Shown here in pieces: positions 25,801-40,706 of a DNA stretch of 64,000 nt; positions within the stretch are counted from its first letter, which is position 1; the number at the start of each line of letters is the position of its first letter. The position numbers and the translations under genes were made by a program. The notes under the pieces are model-generated. The model was not told the origin of the DNA and ran no database searches. It worked only from the letters and a program-made list of their open reading frames with translations. Origin of the DNA: Antedon mediterranea (taxonomy: Eukaryota > Animalia > Echinodermata); NCBI RefSeq assembly GCF_964355755.1, contig NC_092676.1:19486871-19550870 (forward strand), in the 5' to 3' direction.

Positions 25801-28800
25801 TTCAAACAGTTAATAACTTAATCTTTTTTTTTAAAACTAAAATTTACCAATTAATTGATGAATTTCAGTCCCAACTGTCAAATTATTATTATTAATATCA
25901 ATGGCTTGCCCAACACAAGTTTCTCCTGGTTTTTTCTTTTTGATTTTACTTTTTTGGACCTTGCCACTTTCAAAACCCAAAGACTTTAAGACACTTCTTT
26001 CTTTTCTAATCTGTTTTAATTTCATAAAATATTTGTAAATTAAAAGAAATGTTCTTTTTTTTATTGTTATTTTGTTTTGAAAGAAATAAATTTACAATAG
26101 AATAATGAAAATGGAATACCCCTATTAATGGGACACATTACTGTGGAATGAACAAAGGGAAATATATTTGTTAACACACATCCAACCCCTATGCAGGGAA
26201 CACGTTGTTGGTTTCTTCTTGTTAGTTCTATTGTAATTGATAATTTCAATTATTTTGACTTATGAAATACTGTAATTTGAATTATTTTTGGATTTATTGA
26301 TTCTTTAACTCCTAAAGGATGATACCTTTCTGAACTTCTTTCTAAAAGTAGTGTACATGTCTTTAAACTGTTTCTTTTTCACCAGTAATACTCTTCAATT
26401 ATCTTAGATAACTCGTTCTATTTAATTCAAACTTACACGATTTTCATCATCACATTGCTGTATACATTGTCGTATCAGCCCTTCAGATAAAATGAAACTC
26501 GGTTAATGCCACAATAATCATTATGAAACCACATATCTCTTCTAAATAATTTGTTCCAATTACCTGGAAATTATAAAGCAGCCAGTCTTAAAAGTATTTA
26601 AAGTTTTTTTTCTGTCTCCATGAAATAGTGTATGCTTTCATTCTCATTCCCAAAATAAAATTAAATTTCAAATGGAATGTTAACAATTTTTGTTGAACTA
26701 TTGTTTAGTACTGTATATTTTCTTGTGAATTTGACAATATAAGAAAACAAAATTAGAATGTTTTACTCTTCTATGTATGTGTCATATCTAGTCTAAAACA
26801 TTTTGGGTTTTTTATGTATGTTTAATAATGAATGTTTATGAATCGAAGTAAAGAAAGAAAAAACAGAAAACATTTTGGAAATGTTATGTGTATGCATGTT
26901 TATTGTTCATGGTTAAGCGAATGTGTGAAAAACCCCAATGTTGTTTAATTAATTTAAAAATAATCAAAAAAATGCTAGTTTTATTTGAAACATTATTATA
27001 GACCTCCTGTAAGTAGAAAGAACCAACTCAAGACAAAAGGGATAGAATATATGTGCTAAAAATTATTTTTAATAAATTACTTTTCTAAATGCATTTATTC
27101 TAATAAATTTATTCTATTTTTTTATACTAACTAGGAGATGGAACATGTTTTTATTTGAATCTGAATACGGAGGCGTTAGAAGTATTAACTGGCGCTGACC
27201 TAGATCCCATCAACGCAGTCTGTGTTCGTAACAATACCATTACCACAGCATGTAGAGATAAACTTATTCGTGTTTACAACCATTAACCGTAAGTAAAAAG
27301 TCAAATGTGTTTAATATTGCTGGAATATTATTGTCTAGAGTGTGTATAAACATGTATTTGAATATCTGTTGATCGTTGTCTTGCGTTTAAAATTGTTTGC
27401 AAAATGACTTTCCTGCGGCAGTGTTTTTGATGGCTAGTATACCAAGAGAGACAGTCGTCTCTGTGCATACATGCATATGTAAATTGGTTTTTTATTCCAT
27501 ACAGTTTTATCATTTCTCACTGCAAACTAAAGTCAAATGCATTGTTATTACACTTAAATGACCGAGTTCTTTTACGATAAAAAAAAACATTTTTCCATTT
27601 TTTAATTTTTTTTTTTGCCTATGGTAGTTTTGAAGTTTTTTCTGCCTTGGTAATAATGGTAAGAAATGATTTGACCGTTTGCATCACCAAATAAAGACCG
27701 TTTAGACCAGCGTTCTGCAAACTTTTTCTTTTGCGGCCTAAAATCTGGTTCCCGGGACAAAACCGAGGCCAAACTACCCAGCTGGATAAACGTAATAGAA
27801 TAGTCTGTCACCTCGGGGTGTATACAAACGCTTTCTTTTCTTTTGTAAATAGGACTTTTGTAGACTTTGAAACATTGTGTACTCATTCTGTTTCAGTTTT
27901 TGAATGAGAAGAGTATAAGGCGTGGGAGGGAAGATTAGGTTGGCTTCAGTTGTGTTAATCTACCTTACGTTGTCGCATCAATGAGACTAAACAGCTACAA
28001 CTCAGTAAAATGGTTCAAAGTTGCATTTAGGACAGTAACATACTTTAAGAAAATGTTCCCGTCTTAATAGCTAAATTTACTTATATATAAATATATTACA
28101 AACACAAAATTTATAACAAGATATAGTATATCTTCATTAAAATAAATCAGATTCATGGTTTAAGAATGTATTTTGGAGAGCTTTAAGTTTCTGTTTCAGT
28201 TTTGTAGGCCGATTCTTTGATAGGTCATTGGATGTGTTCAGCATTAATCTTCTAATGAATCACGGCCAATTTCTGACATCAAATCTTAATGCTGTTTCTT
28301 TTTGAAATGTTTTTGAACACTAAACTTTAGATACCAGTGATATGAATGGTGATTGTGGACTTCACTGAACCAGAGGGTGACGTCACAATTTTCAAAATCT
28401 AAATTTCATCTCAAGATATACGTGTTACCGGTAACCTGTAGTAGTTGGAAAGTCGGAACTTCTGCGAAGAGAAGAAGAAATAATTATACTAATGCTCAAA
28501 AAAGTTTTCCATTCAGTTGGGAAATTTCAGAAAAACAATACCAAAAGTATATTTTGATACAGTACCAATTATTTTTGATTATTTACACAAATTCATTGGC
28601 TTCTCAAATGTATGTTTTAATTGCATGGGACACATGCAAATAGATGTGCGGTGATAAATTGTGAACGGTGATACTTCCAGTGGTTACACAAACAATTATC
28701 TTGGTTGACATTTGCAGGTGAAGGCATAGATAGGTAAATCCCTACTCCCACCTGCTCCTCCCACCCATATTTCCCTGAAATACATAATATTTTTTAAAAA

Positions 28801-28944
28801 CATGCAGCTTTATGTTATTGTTGAACATCTTGAACACTAGTCGTCATTAGACATTGTGCGTATCACCTAGGTTCACCTCTCGGTAACTATGTCTAATATC
28901 TGCTTATTTTAAACCCACATCTACAGTAATAAAATATAAAATAT

Positions 28945-30922
28945 GTGACTGTCTCTTTAAGCTTGATTAACAATGTTTGTATGTTATAAGTAGGACACAA
29001 TTATAACCTGGATATTTTATATTTTATAACATAGATTATGTAATAATTAGAGGTACAATTTGTTTTAGGCTGTTCCAGTGAATCTAAAAGAGTCGTCGTC
29101 AACTGGACTGGGTTTTCTGATATTTAAAGTTATTTTATAAGTTTCCGTTGAAAAAAAAAAATAGTACTATACGATCAATTAATTTTTATTAAGGGTATTT
29201 GGTTCTTTTTTGAAATATTTTGCATGACTGTCCCTGTAATTATGATCAACATTGTTTGAAAATAAGTAGGTCACATAATGAAGAAATTAATGTTTATACT
29301 GTACATTAGATACATTTTCATTAATCCAGTAAAACAGCATTAAATCAGTGAAAAATAAGACCCATGCTCTTTTTTATAAAGCATAAATGGAGCTGCTTTT
29401 ACTATTAAGAATATATTACTAGATTAGTCAAGGATTTGAACCAAACACACTGGGTTTGATAAGATAAGGAAACAACCAAGCCACAGTGTCATTATAGGTC
29501 TTAAACATTACGGGGGAAAAACTAATCTGAATGTACTATTTTAGGACCTTTTCTTTTAAAGTGATCGAGTGCGATCACTCACCTAACACACTCCTGAACT
29601 GCCATTGAGGAGTGTGATTTACAACACGCCTTAATTTGGTAAACTTCTACACACAAAAATACAAACAGCACACCTTCTGCACCCCTGAATGTATTGAGGA
29701 GTGCAATTTGTAGCACACCTACAATTTTAAAAAGACAGACCTGTGTACTATTTATGAAAAATGATTGACATCCGTGTCAGTACTGTCTAGTTTGCAATAT
29801 AGAATATTGTGTAGCTGAACAAAACTTCATTCAATCCTCAAATAACAAGTACTTTAATAATTAATAATGATGATTAAAGTGAATATACATACCCCGGCAT
29901 TGATAGACAAGCATAATTAATTTAACCACCAAACTCCAAATCCACTAAAAACTCCAGAAAATATCTTATAATCCTTTGACAACTAATTTTAGAAATAATA
30001 GTAATAATAGAAATATAGATGAATGCTATATATTGAATTTAGTTAAAACTGTAATTGTTTCCCAGTATGATAGGAAGTGTCCCCTAAATTGATAAATGCA
30101 GAATATAAAGTAGGTACTGTAAAATAAGGAGGACGTTTATATTTTATGTATTTTATTGACATGATTAGAGGTGAAGTCACAAATTTTAAGTGTGTTAGAC
30201 TATACAATGTCTCTTACAGCTGATGGAAAAATAATTGTTAAATCCCTTTAATCAATAATAATTGGACACTAAAGTAGGTAATTTGGAAACAGTATGACCA
30301 TGACAGAATTATTCATCTCCTCTCAGAAAAAATGTTTTGACTGTCCCTTCAATTATGATAGAAAATATTTAAAAACTTTAATAAGTTGAAAATGATGTAC
30401 TCTTAATTTTCCATATTTTCAAATTATTCCATTGACGATGTTGCCTGTTTCATTTTTATTTATTAGCCTAAAAATCAAATTAAATAAATTAACAGACATT
30501 TAATTTAATCAAAACATTCTCACTTTTCTGAGTACAGTACTAGAAAGCCGTAACTACTTGTTACTGGACCTATCAAAAACAACAACTGGTATTGTTGCCT
30601 GGTAGTTGATAGTTTGCTTGAGCTCTTGGTTCAAGTCTATTCTTTGGCTCGGTACCAGTATCAGGCCTGTCTAATTTTTTTCAGAAACCCGGTTTTTCAT
30701 TTCTATTGACCACTAGTAGACTGAAAAACTTAGAAACCATTAAAAATCATTGCCAAACTCCCCCTTCTCATTTATTGTTTAAAGACCACAAGCAAACTGG
30801 ACTGAACAACTTATTCCTTCTTGATGGCAAACTATTTTATAAAAACACCTTACCAGATCAATTATGTAAGATTATATTTGTCCCTTTAAGTATGATCAAC
30901 ATTGTTTGAAAATAAGTAGGAC
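28945..30922 (+). repeat. Locally dispersed ~50-bp repeat, 4 diverged copies
   Basis: TGTCCCT.TAA.TATGATCAACATTGTTTGAAAATAAGTAGG.CAC at ~29230 and ~30879; weaker copies at ~28950 and ~30342. Confidence 0.65.
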
Positions 30923-31459
30923 ACGGTGAACCTGTCTACACCTCGTTAGGATCACTATGTAATGATTAGTGTAAAGCTGTCAATTCAACAAACATTTACA
31001 TTCTTTTATTTAGCAAATCATGCAATTTCGCAAAGATCGCAGTTAGTAAATTCTGATTTTATGTACCTACATAAAAGATATGTTTTAGGGTTGTGTAAAG
31101 AACGCCCTCGCCAATAAACACATCAGCTGAAAATTTATTTTAGATGTAGAAGCATCACGTGTTCATGTGTAAATAAACTTTTTTTCACTGAAATTTTTAC
31201 TTTAATTTTAGTATACACAATTTTTGAATAGATGAGTACCAACTTGGTTTAGTCAAAAGATAAGAAAGTGCACTAAGGGGCAGATGTATGGACTAGGTAA
31301 AGGCGAGCGCTACCCTTTTTGACAGCTAAAATGAAATTATAAACTATTTCTGAAAGATTATTGATATTATGTTAGTTAAGCCAGTGCGTGCTCCACCTTT
31401 TGCCAGCTAAAATGATGAACTACTACTCTATTTTATCTATTTTTGACAGACTATCCGCT

Positions 31460-31600
31460 TCTGGCAAACTTGTTGAAACCAAATTTAAGCTAAAATCTAC
31501 TTTTAACATTTCTGACTCCATTTACCACTTTTTTGGAACTTCTGTAACAAACACCAGAGGATGCAAACTGATCAAATTCTTGCTTCATTCATTCTTCTAA
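31460..31600 (+). mobile_element. Degenerate C-terminal fragment of a CR1-like LINE ORF2
   Basis: GKLVETKFKLK...FFGTSVTNTRGCKLIK...HSFF resembles the CR1 terminal pattern GDLIETFKIL...FF...TRGH.LKL...FF. Confidence 0.5.
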
Positions 31601-33654
31601 GGAAAGTAATTTGCAAAATATATGTAATAAATTAGTATATAATCATTTTAATAACTAAAATTTAGTACTTATTAATATAATTATATTTTGAAAGACACTT
31701 TCCATACATGCACTAAATCCAGCTTGGACATACTAATTACCAAAAAAGTGAACTTTTGACCAAGGAACTGTGATATTTGGCAAATATTGGAAAATACTCT
31801 AGAGATCATTTGTATTGTACAAATTTGTATTCTTTTCCCTAATGTTCAGAACTTGTGGATTCCATTATGGTCACAATCGCATATGCTGAGTAAAACCCAA
31901 AGTGAATGGATCAGATTCCTGTAATTTTTTTCATGGCATGTAAATCAAATTTAAAGAAACTTTGTTGTAGGCTAATATTTTTTTTTTATTGAATTGGGTA
32001 ATGCCTCTATTTTGTTGTTTGTTGTAGTGGTTGCGTGTTAGGGCGCATTGTTGCTGACGCAATATCCTGACCGATCGTGTTGAATAAATAATTAAAATGA
32101 AAATAGTTATCTAAAATGTAAACAAAAGTTTCAGCAATGTTTTAAACATACTTTTTTGGTTTATTCCTTTGCCAATAAAAGACCGTCTACTATATGACTG
32201 TAAATTTAAATGGCACTAAAAATATATTCACGATTATTTGCTAATTCAAGTCCTACATACACGAGAAAATATATAGTAATATTATTTTATTATTTTATAA
32301 GTAATAATTTTATGTCATAGAATAACTAGGTCGCTTGTGCAAACAATTTGAAAATTATGTCTTTTCATATTATATTATCTGTAAAAAAAAATCATAATTT
32401 GATTCTATCTAACAAATTATATGGCGACTCATTGACCATGTCTCTGTCTGACAAACCAGGTGTGTCGACTTGACCACAGCTGATTTAGAAACTTAACAAA
32501 CTGCGTGTAATGTTAGGTTAACTGAGGTGTACACCTCAAAGCATAATGTAATAACATATGATCTGGATAATTCAATACAGTTATTGTTTATTACTTGACC
32601 CTGTGTTATCCACCGGTCTTCTGTTTCTTGCACATATCTAGGTCTCTAAATCGTCCCCTGAACTCTATCAACCGAACCTACTTCTAAATAGTCTGAATAT
32701 TCAAGCAGTTTCAACATCGACATGGTTAAGTTACTTTTGAAAACAATAAAAGTATATCCTGTCTATAATAACCGCTCCACGTAATTTTCGATTTACCGTA
32801 GATTTTTTTTATTTGCAGAGCCACTTTGTCACGAACTTGTGTTTGCCGTTATTATTTCACGAAGCTAATGACTTATCGCGTGTTTACACGGTATTCACAC
32901 GAACTGAATGTACCACTAAAATGATTGTAACTATTTGTGTTTGAAATGGTTTAATGCCGCTGTACAATTAGTTCATTATAATGTATCTTATCGTTGGTTA
33001 TAGCGTCTGCTAGATAAAACAAGCTTTAATGATTTCTGCAAAGCAATTGCGAACTCAATAATTTAATAGAGTTTGAAAATGACAAGAACGATAACAAAGA
33101 TTGAAAACAAGGAGTACTAACTTAATCAAATGAAATTGATTCAGGATTGTCCAACAGCTTATTTAATCATAATGTCAATTCTATATAAATATGTTTTTAT
33201 GGAGTTTTAATTTTTGTGGAATCACAGAGTGATTACGTCGCCCTAAATTATATTAATTATCAATATATTGCTGATTGATTTGAAGTCGTAGCCTAACATT
33301 TGGGCAACTCTGGGAACATTTTAATTGTAATTAAGATTATAACTGATGAGTATATTGTATTGGGGACAGAGAGTGTTTTTTATTGTGTTTTGGTATAACC
33401 ATTTCATAAAATGCATAGCAATAAGATGGTATTGTGTAACATTTTAGCTATATGTTCCCTGCACCTAGTTACCTAGACTTTATTGTTTCCAATATCTATC
33501 CATCATTTTTATTACAATAATTTACAAAGAGGTATTGTATTGTGAATTATTTTTTCTGCATTTTGTTGTTGTTTTTGCTTGACATAGGGACTATTTTTAA
33601 TCCGCCAAAAAAGGAAGAGTGAATGTAATAACTGCTAATCAATTTGAAAATGGA

Positions 33655-33999
33655 AACCACATTGCTAGTGTTCTCACGTCAACCACATTGCTAGTGTTCT
33701 CACGTCAACCACATTGCTAATGTTCTCACGTCAACCACATTGCTAGTGTTCTCACGTCAACCACATTGCTAGTGTTCTCACGTCAACCACATTGCTAGTG
33801 TTCTCACGTCAACCACATTGCTAGTGTTCTCACGTCAACCACATTGCTAGTGTTCTCACGTCAACCACATTGCTAGTGTTCTCACGTCAACCACATTGCT
33901 AGTGTTCTCACGTCAACCACATTGCTAGTGTTCTCACGTCAACCACATTGCTAGTGTTCTCACGTCAACCACATTGCTAGTGTTCTCACGTCAACCACA
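33655..33999. repeat. 26-bp minisatellite AACCACATTGCTAGTGTTCTCACGTC, ~13 copies
   Basis: Read directly; only one substitution seen (33720). Confidence 0.98.
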
Positions 34000-34029
34000 G
34001 CAAGTTTTAAGGTTTATAGTGTTCCTGAA

Positions 34030-35395
34030 CTGCCACTTTTTTTCTTGCTATACTGAAAATGAAATTAACTTAAACTTTTATAGCTATTTAAGGAATAATG
34101 TTTATAAGTTATGTTCATACAAATTGGAAACTAGGAGTTTCAGTGTGAGTTTTAAATAAAAGTTCCACTTTTCTTTCTTGTATGTAGAAAATAAAAGTAA
34201 CATAAATGTTTATAGCTCATCCATTAAAGATTCATGTTTTGATTTTTTTACATCAAATTTTGCAAAACTATGACTTTATTTTTTCTTGCCATACAGAAAA
34301 TAAAATGAACATACGCCCGTATTCTTAAACAGGACTTTAGTCGTAGTTCGAAGTTCGACTTGAAAAAGTCGTAGTTCGAGCTATTACTTCAAATTCGACT
34401 TAATGAAGTCGAGCTTTTAGTCGAGTTGCACACGTCTGGATAACAAAGGCTATACATTGGCCAATGACAAGAGAGTATTTGAGGAGCAGACGAAATTTTG
34501 CGTATTGATATCACTTTCCATTTTCTTACAACACTTTTTACGCATCAGGACTATACATGAAAAATAATTTTAATCGTTAATTATTAGAACAAGATCAGTA
34601 TTAATTTAACACTGAAGTACTTTTGATTAACAACAAACAAAATCTTCAAAATATATTTAGGAACCATGGCGGTACGGTAACTTTTATATTTTCTAGGCCC
34701 CCAACAAAGTATGATCGCGACGAACCACGCACTTCATAGCGTGACAAGAAAGCGCTAGGCCCACTAAACATTCCATCGCGTGGTGAATTTCCGCATCTGC
34801 CATTGTCGCTATGGCGTGACGTAGTTGAAGTCGGACTTGCGCGAAGAAAATTATGTAATTTGTATACAGTTGTAAATAAAGATGATTTTCATTATTATAA
34901 CATATACCAATGTATATTTAATTAAGCTAATATAAAAATAGATATTTCATTCTTCAATATCTCGCCAATATAACAACTCAATGACTGTTACGTTTTTCAT
35001 AAACATCGTTTAAAAACCATTTAGTCGACCATTTAGCCTGCCCCCTCCAGGATTAAAAAAATCGATCAAAATCCGTCTCGATTTAGTCGAGGTTGGCCTG
35101 AATTAGTCGGCGATTTAGTTGAAGTTCGGTTTATGAATTAAAATTTTTTTAGTTTTAGCTCGAACTACGACTAAAGTCCGGTTTAAGAATACGGGCGTTA
35201 ATGTTTACAGCTATCCAATAAGAAATGATATTGTTTGTACAATTTGGAAAACTTTGACAAGTTTTAAATAAGAGTGGCACTATTATTTCTTGCCATACAG
35301 AAAATAAAATTAAGTTAAATGTTTACAGCTATCCAATAAGGAATAATAGTATTTATTCATACAATTTGGAAAACTAGGACTTTTTTGATGAGTTT
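34030..35395. repeat. Old degenerate tandem repeat (~110-130 bp, ~4 copies) split by a MITE
   Basis: TTTCTTGCCATACAGAAAATAAAAT...ATGTTTACAGCTATCCAATAAG...TACAATTTGGAAAACT recurs on both sides of the insertion. Confidence 0.7.
34314..35197. mobile_element. Complete PIF/Harbinger-like non-autonomous element, 884 bp
   Basis: ~38-bp TIR CGCCCGTATTCTTAAAC(A/C)GGACTTTAGTCGTAGTTCGA with 1 mismatch; 3-bp flanks ATA/TTA (TWA-type TSD, 1 mismatch); subterminal AGTCG/AGTTCG motifs. Confidence 0.88.
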
Positions 35396-37023
35396 ACAGT
35401 GATGGCGTTATCCACAGCTGCTGAAACTACATTGAACGCGGTTGGTTTAAAGTGTAAAACCATTAGTATGGTCATTTTATAGGTCACAGAAAGCAGTTCA
35501 TACAGTAATTGTTTCTACGTTTTTTTGTAGTATTTTTTTTTTGTGCAGTTATTCTTGGACTGTGTTAAAGCAGGAGTTTAAAATTATGACCCGTAAGGCT
35601 GTGCCCTGCATTTTCACCGAATTGGAGCAAGTGTATATACTGCTTTTTTTAAACTCTTAAATACTCACGTAAACTATTGTGTATAGATATAAAATTGGTT
35701 GAAAGTTTTCAGCCGTGATTAATTTGCTCATAAAGTTCTTTATGTGTTTTTGTGACATCTTCATAAATAATTAAATTTGCTTATTGATGTATTTATAATA
35801 CGAAAGACATCAGTATATAGTTTTAAGTAAGCTGATCAAATGAAACAGAATCAAAAACTGTTGGAATGGAAAATGTTAAAGTTCACCAACAAGTGATGGA
35901 TAGTGTATGTCTACAGTATTCCACAATATTATGTAATTATTACCCTTGAAAATATAATTCTTTTTTTTTATGTAATTAGTTAATTAATTTTTATTTTACA
36001 TTTGCCTTCAAGAGCAAGTTGAATAAAACTTTAAAAAAATTATAGTAGAATTGAAAATATTAGAATTAATTGATTTTTTATATTTATTATTTACTTTCCA
36101 CTTTTAACCCGTATCATTGTTATGATTTCAAATAATCATACAAGTTTTGAAATTAATATTGCACACAAAAGGCAATTTGACATTTGTATTGTCATTAAGC
36201 CTTTTAAATTATCAAAAACGTGTTACAAATCGACTGCAGTTACCGGATTACCAATACATTATCGCGATTATAATTACCCATATTGCACTAGTAAAACGCA
36301 ATAATTTGTTACCGTGACAATGAACTGTTGACTGACAGACCATCGTTCTCACCTGTCCAACAGGTGTAGTGACGAAACGAGGGCAAAGGTTGCTAATTTC
36401 GTTCTATTTTCTTTTTCTTACCCTTGGCCTTGGCTGTATTTTTTTTCTTCGCAATTATACTGACGGTACGAATGTGTTAATGGGGCCTAGTTTAATCTCA
36501 CTTGTGTATTAAATGAACTTGTGAACTAACAGTTTATCTTGTTGTCGCTCCATAATGTTCTCACTCTGTTCCCATAATGATGATAACTGCACAATTTCTC
36601 AGTCAAAGGCACAGTTTTATATTGGCCTAGTAATGATAGTTTATATATAATAGTTGCCTTGCAGTGTATTAACTATTATTAGATTTGTCACACAGTAGCA
36701 GAAGTAGTATTATACATTTAAGTAACTAGGCGAGCATAAAAAATCTGCAAGTTATTATAAAGAATAATTTATTAATTACTATACCATATATTATCCATAT
36801 ATTATATATATTTCATAATAGAATATATGCTTTGTTTTTATTATTTTAATTTTTTTTTATTTTGAAAAAATACATATTTATAAACATTACATAATAATTA
36901 CAGTAGAACCTCTGTCAGATTTAAGTCCTCTTAATAGTTGTGTTTTAGGAATAGTTTCCAATGTTGACCCTACTACTAGTATTAAAACATAAAACCTTTA
37001 GTACTAGAGAACTTATGCATTAA

Positions 37024-37329
37024 AAATGTAATGAAATATGAAGATCAGACTTTTAATATTAAGCCATTTAGTAGTTTTAACAAAGTAAATGACTAATAAC
37101 CCGAAAAAAATAATGTTTTCACTTATAAAATAACAAAATAAACGGTTAAATTCAACCAAAAAACCCATTGGCTAGTAGCTAATTTCACTACTGTTTTGCT
37201 TTAAATTAAGTTTTTTCAGATAAATAACTTTTTTTCAATCCAATTTTTTTTATCAAAGTGGATAACTATTATGTGACATTAAAATCACATTTTCAACAAC
37301 AAAAAATTATTTTTTAAGGGGGACAATCT
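37024..37329. mobile_element. ~300-bp TTAA-flanked MITE, copy 2 of the 17569 family
   Basis: Colinear similarity to 17569-17860; ends GGGGACAATCT|TTAA. Confidence 0.7.
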
Positions 37330-40300
37330 TTAATGTATGATTATAATTATAACCAACAAAAAAACTTTGTGATAAGGCAGATAGCAAACCTGCCTGTTAA
37401 AATGAAATTGCAATAAAGTCATAGAGCTGTGGATTGAAAACTCTGTGTGAATGCATGTTAGGTGCACGTCCACACTACATTTTTTTCAAAGTAGCATGAC
37501 TTTCAGAAAATCTATAGTTTGATTCTTGTACAAACAGATAGTTGAATAAAGTAGTTCATTCTGTGACGCGTGTCTGTTTATTTAATGTTAGTAATATTCT
37601 ATTTGCATGAAGACAAGTATGAACTAACCAGTTTGATTAAATTAAGCTCCATGATATATACAGTTAATGGATCATATTTGTTTATGAGTGATGTTGAAAA
37701 ATGTTAGGACCCTAAATATTATATTGTTTAAAGGATTGCATGACAAAGAAACAAAAGTAGGTTTACGGTTTACGATGTAATTTCTAATAAGGAGGTTTAC
37801 AGTAGCCGAGAACATTCTAACGTTTTGGTTGTTATAATTTAACCAAAACATTGAGCCATTCTTTACTTCCTTTTACGAATTACATGGTGTACCGCAAACC
37901 TTACTTTACCCTACATAAATTTTTAGAAGTTGTCGTCTCCAATAGTGGCGGTGTGAAAAGTCATTCTGAATGATGTATCGTGGATTACCACCTTGCCTAC
38001 AATTAGTCAGAACAATACCAGATAAATAGATGAAGAATAAGTTCTCTGTCGAAATCTGTTTCAAAGTTTTTGAACCAATCCAAAATCTACCTTGATTTGC
38101 CTGTAGATTGTTAAATACCTATGTTTCATTAAATTCAAAATGCTCACCATTTCCAAATTTGAACCAAATAAGCCCTCTTCTGGGACATTTTTAAGAGTAG
38201 CAATTTATTTAACACTTTGACTACCCTATCCAGTGGCACCCTTTTAAAGGTTAGGTCCTTAAGGTGTCCCTTTATGGATTTTTATTTGCCAAAATCTATC
38301 TACCCTTTTAATATAGATTCAGATTCTTAATACCTGTAATAAAGAATTACTTATTTATTAACTTTCAAAAAAAGTTATTGAAAATCTTATTTATAAAATA
38401 AAAAAATGTATTAATAAAATATTTATTTATCAAATAAAAAAACTTGAAATGTTTTCCTTATTACTCCCTTCTATTTTAAGATAAAATCAACATTTTAATA
38501 TGGCATAGTTTTGATTCTGACATATTTCCAAATGTAATGACATAATCGTAGGAAGAATATAAATCTGTTGGAAATGGAATACAATTGGGAATGAGCTACT
38601 TAATCCCGTACCCAAGTCATGAAGTTCATTCTAATTTACACTTGACGTGAGGGATAAACTACGACCCTGACCAGTCTATGAACTAACATGCTAGGATTTC
38701 ATCTCGTAAAATCTATAGATATTAATGAAAATAGGGATTATCTAAATATTGTGAAATTAATGCTTCATTTTTTTCTTAATCCTTTCTTCCTTGTGATCTT
38801 CTCGGTCAGCAGGAGACATAGATATTCCCGATATTCAACAAGCGACTCGTGCAAGTTCATTTTTTAGGTTATTTTACCGAGCTTCTCAGCAGAAATGAGT
38901 CATATTGAGCAAGCCAAACACTTGAATTTCATACAGAAATTCTGTATACATGTCCATCAATGTTTAAACAAGGTTCTCCATTACATAAGTGATTAATTTT
39001 TAGCAGCAAATACGTCTCGATCGTAGTTTAGATTTCTCTGTTACTCTATCGAATCAGGCAGTGTGAAGTGGGCCGGTGTGAACTTGCCATGCTATAACCA
39101 AGTATGAAAAACCAGCCTGCATGTGAGCCAGCGTCGTCGTAACAAACTTCATCGGTAACTAACATCAACGTGAAGCATTTACTTACTGACTAGCTTAACA
39201 GGTCAGAAACCAAAAGGTCAACCGATGTGAAATATGATTGATGTTGTAATTGTTAAAAGCAAGTGGATTTTGCACAACGTCAACGATGCGTCATTTGCAT
39301 TGTGTTGTTAATAATGATAAATGACCCATGTATTAAATCGTTATTTGTTATAGTTAAATAATATTAGCTAATGATGCGCTTCCAACATCACTAATATATG
39401 GATTCAGATTTGTTGTTTGTTTTTAATTACTTCTGTTTTTTAGGAGATTTTAAGTAGCATCAGCTTCTCCGAAAGTTAATAAAAGAAAATGTTATCATCA
39501 TAGTCACAAACAGGTGAAAATGGAAAATAATTACTATTTAAACTACATAATTAAGCCAGAAAAAATGCTATATAGAAAAGGTTTTTATCGGATTTGTGAT
39601 TATATTTGATGGTACTATTAAATATACATTTATTCTTTAAATGAGAATTAGATTATGTCGAATTCGCATCCATGTTTACAGCAATGTTTATGTTATGTAA
39701 TTTCATTTAATTGCTTTTTAAAAATATATTTAATACATATTTATACAGGATAAAACCATTTAAAAGCTTATCTACAAAACAATTGATTCGCATAACAAAA
39801 TACTAAATTAATGAAAATTGAATTAATCGACCACCTGAAAAAATAATTTAAACATTTTTTGTTGAAAATTTAAAAGCTTATCTAATTAATTAAAAATAAT
39901 GAAGAAGTTGTTCGAGCCAGTATTGTACTCTCGAAAATGTACTAACTTTAATAAATAATAATTTTGTATTATGAAAATTGTTCTAAAACGTTGATAATAT
40001 TTTATTTTCATGTATTTCTTTTATCTTGGTTATTTTCACTAATATCTCATTTATATTGTTTTTTTCTTAATTTAGATGTGTTAGAGGCACTGTGGCTTGG
40101 TGCTTGCTTACAAATCCCAATGTCATTGGTTCAAATCTTATTACATTATCCTTCAAACCAAATAGTTTCTTGGCATCTAACGCTGTTAGTTGTATGATGA
40201 ACATACAAGTAAAAATATTGTGCTGTCATATTTTTATGAAATAATCGCTTTTTTATAAATGTAGTCCAACATATGATTCATGCTAACAGAAACACCAGAT

Positions 40301-40706
40301 TCAGGACGAAGAAAAGTACCTGCAGTTGACACGTTTCGTTTCAGACTTATAGAAAAAAAAACAATGTTTCATCTAAAACATGATTAAGTAGACTTTAAAG
40401 TAATTTTACATTTATTGATGTTTCACGAGTTTTGGCAATTAAATCTAAAATTTAGAATTGAGCGGAATGATTTGAACATTCTTATTACTATCTCCCCGTG
40501 TGACCAAGCTTAGAGTATTTAAAGCGTATATAATCTCCCAGAACTAGGCCAGCAGGAAAAAAGAGCATTTTGAATTGTTACATTACATCAAAGTTTGTGT
40601 TTTATAACTACTTTGAAATTCATTGATAATTGAGCTCTACAATTTTATGTGAAACGCTTTTTTTGGACATTTTTTGCACAATTTTTTTATTTCAACAGTG
40701 ACTTAA

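Noticed and set aside
28718-28733. 16-nt microexon TTTGCAG|GTGAAGGCATAGATAG|GTAAAT
   Set aside because: Weak polypyrimidine tract and no supporting frame link to other exons.
33655-33999. CRISPR array (26-bp repeat)
   Set aside because: Head-to-tail monomers with no spacers.
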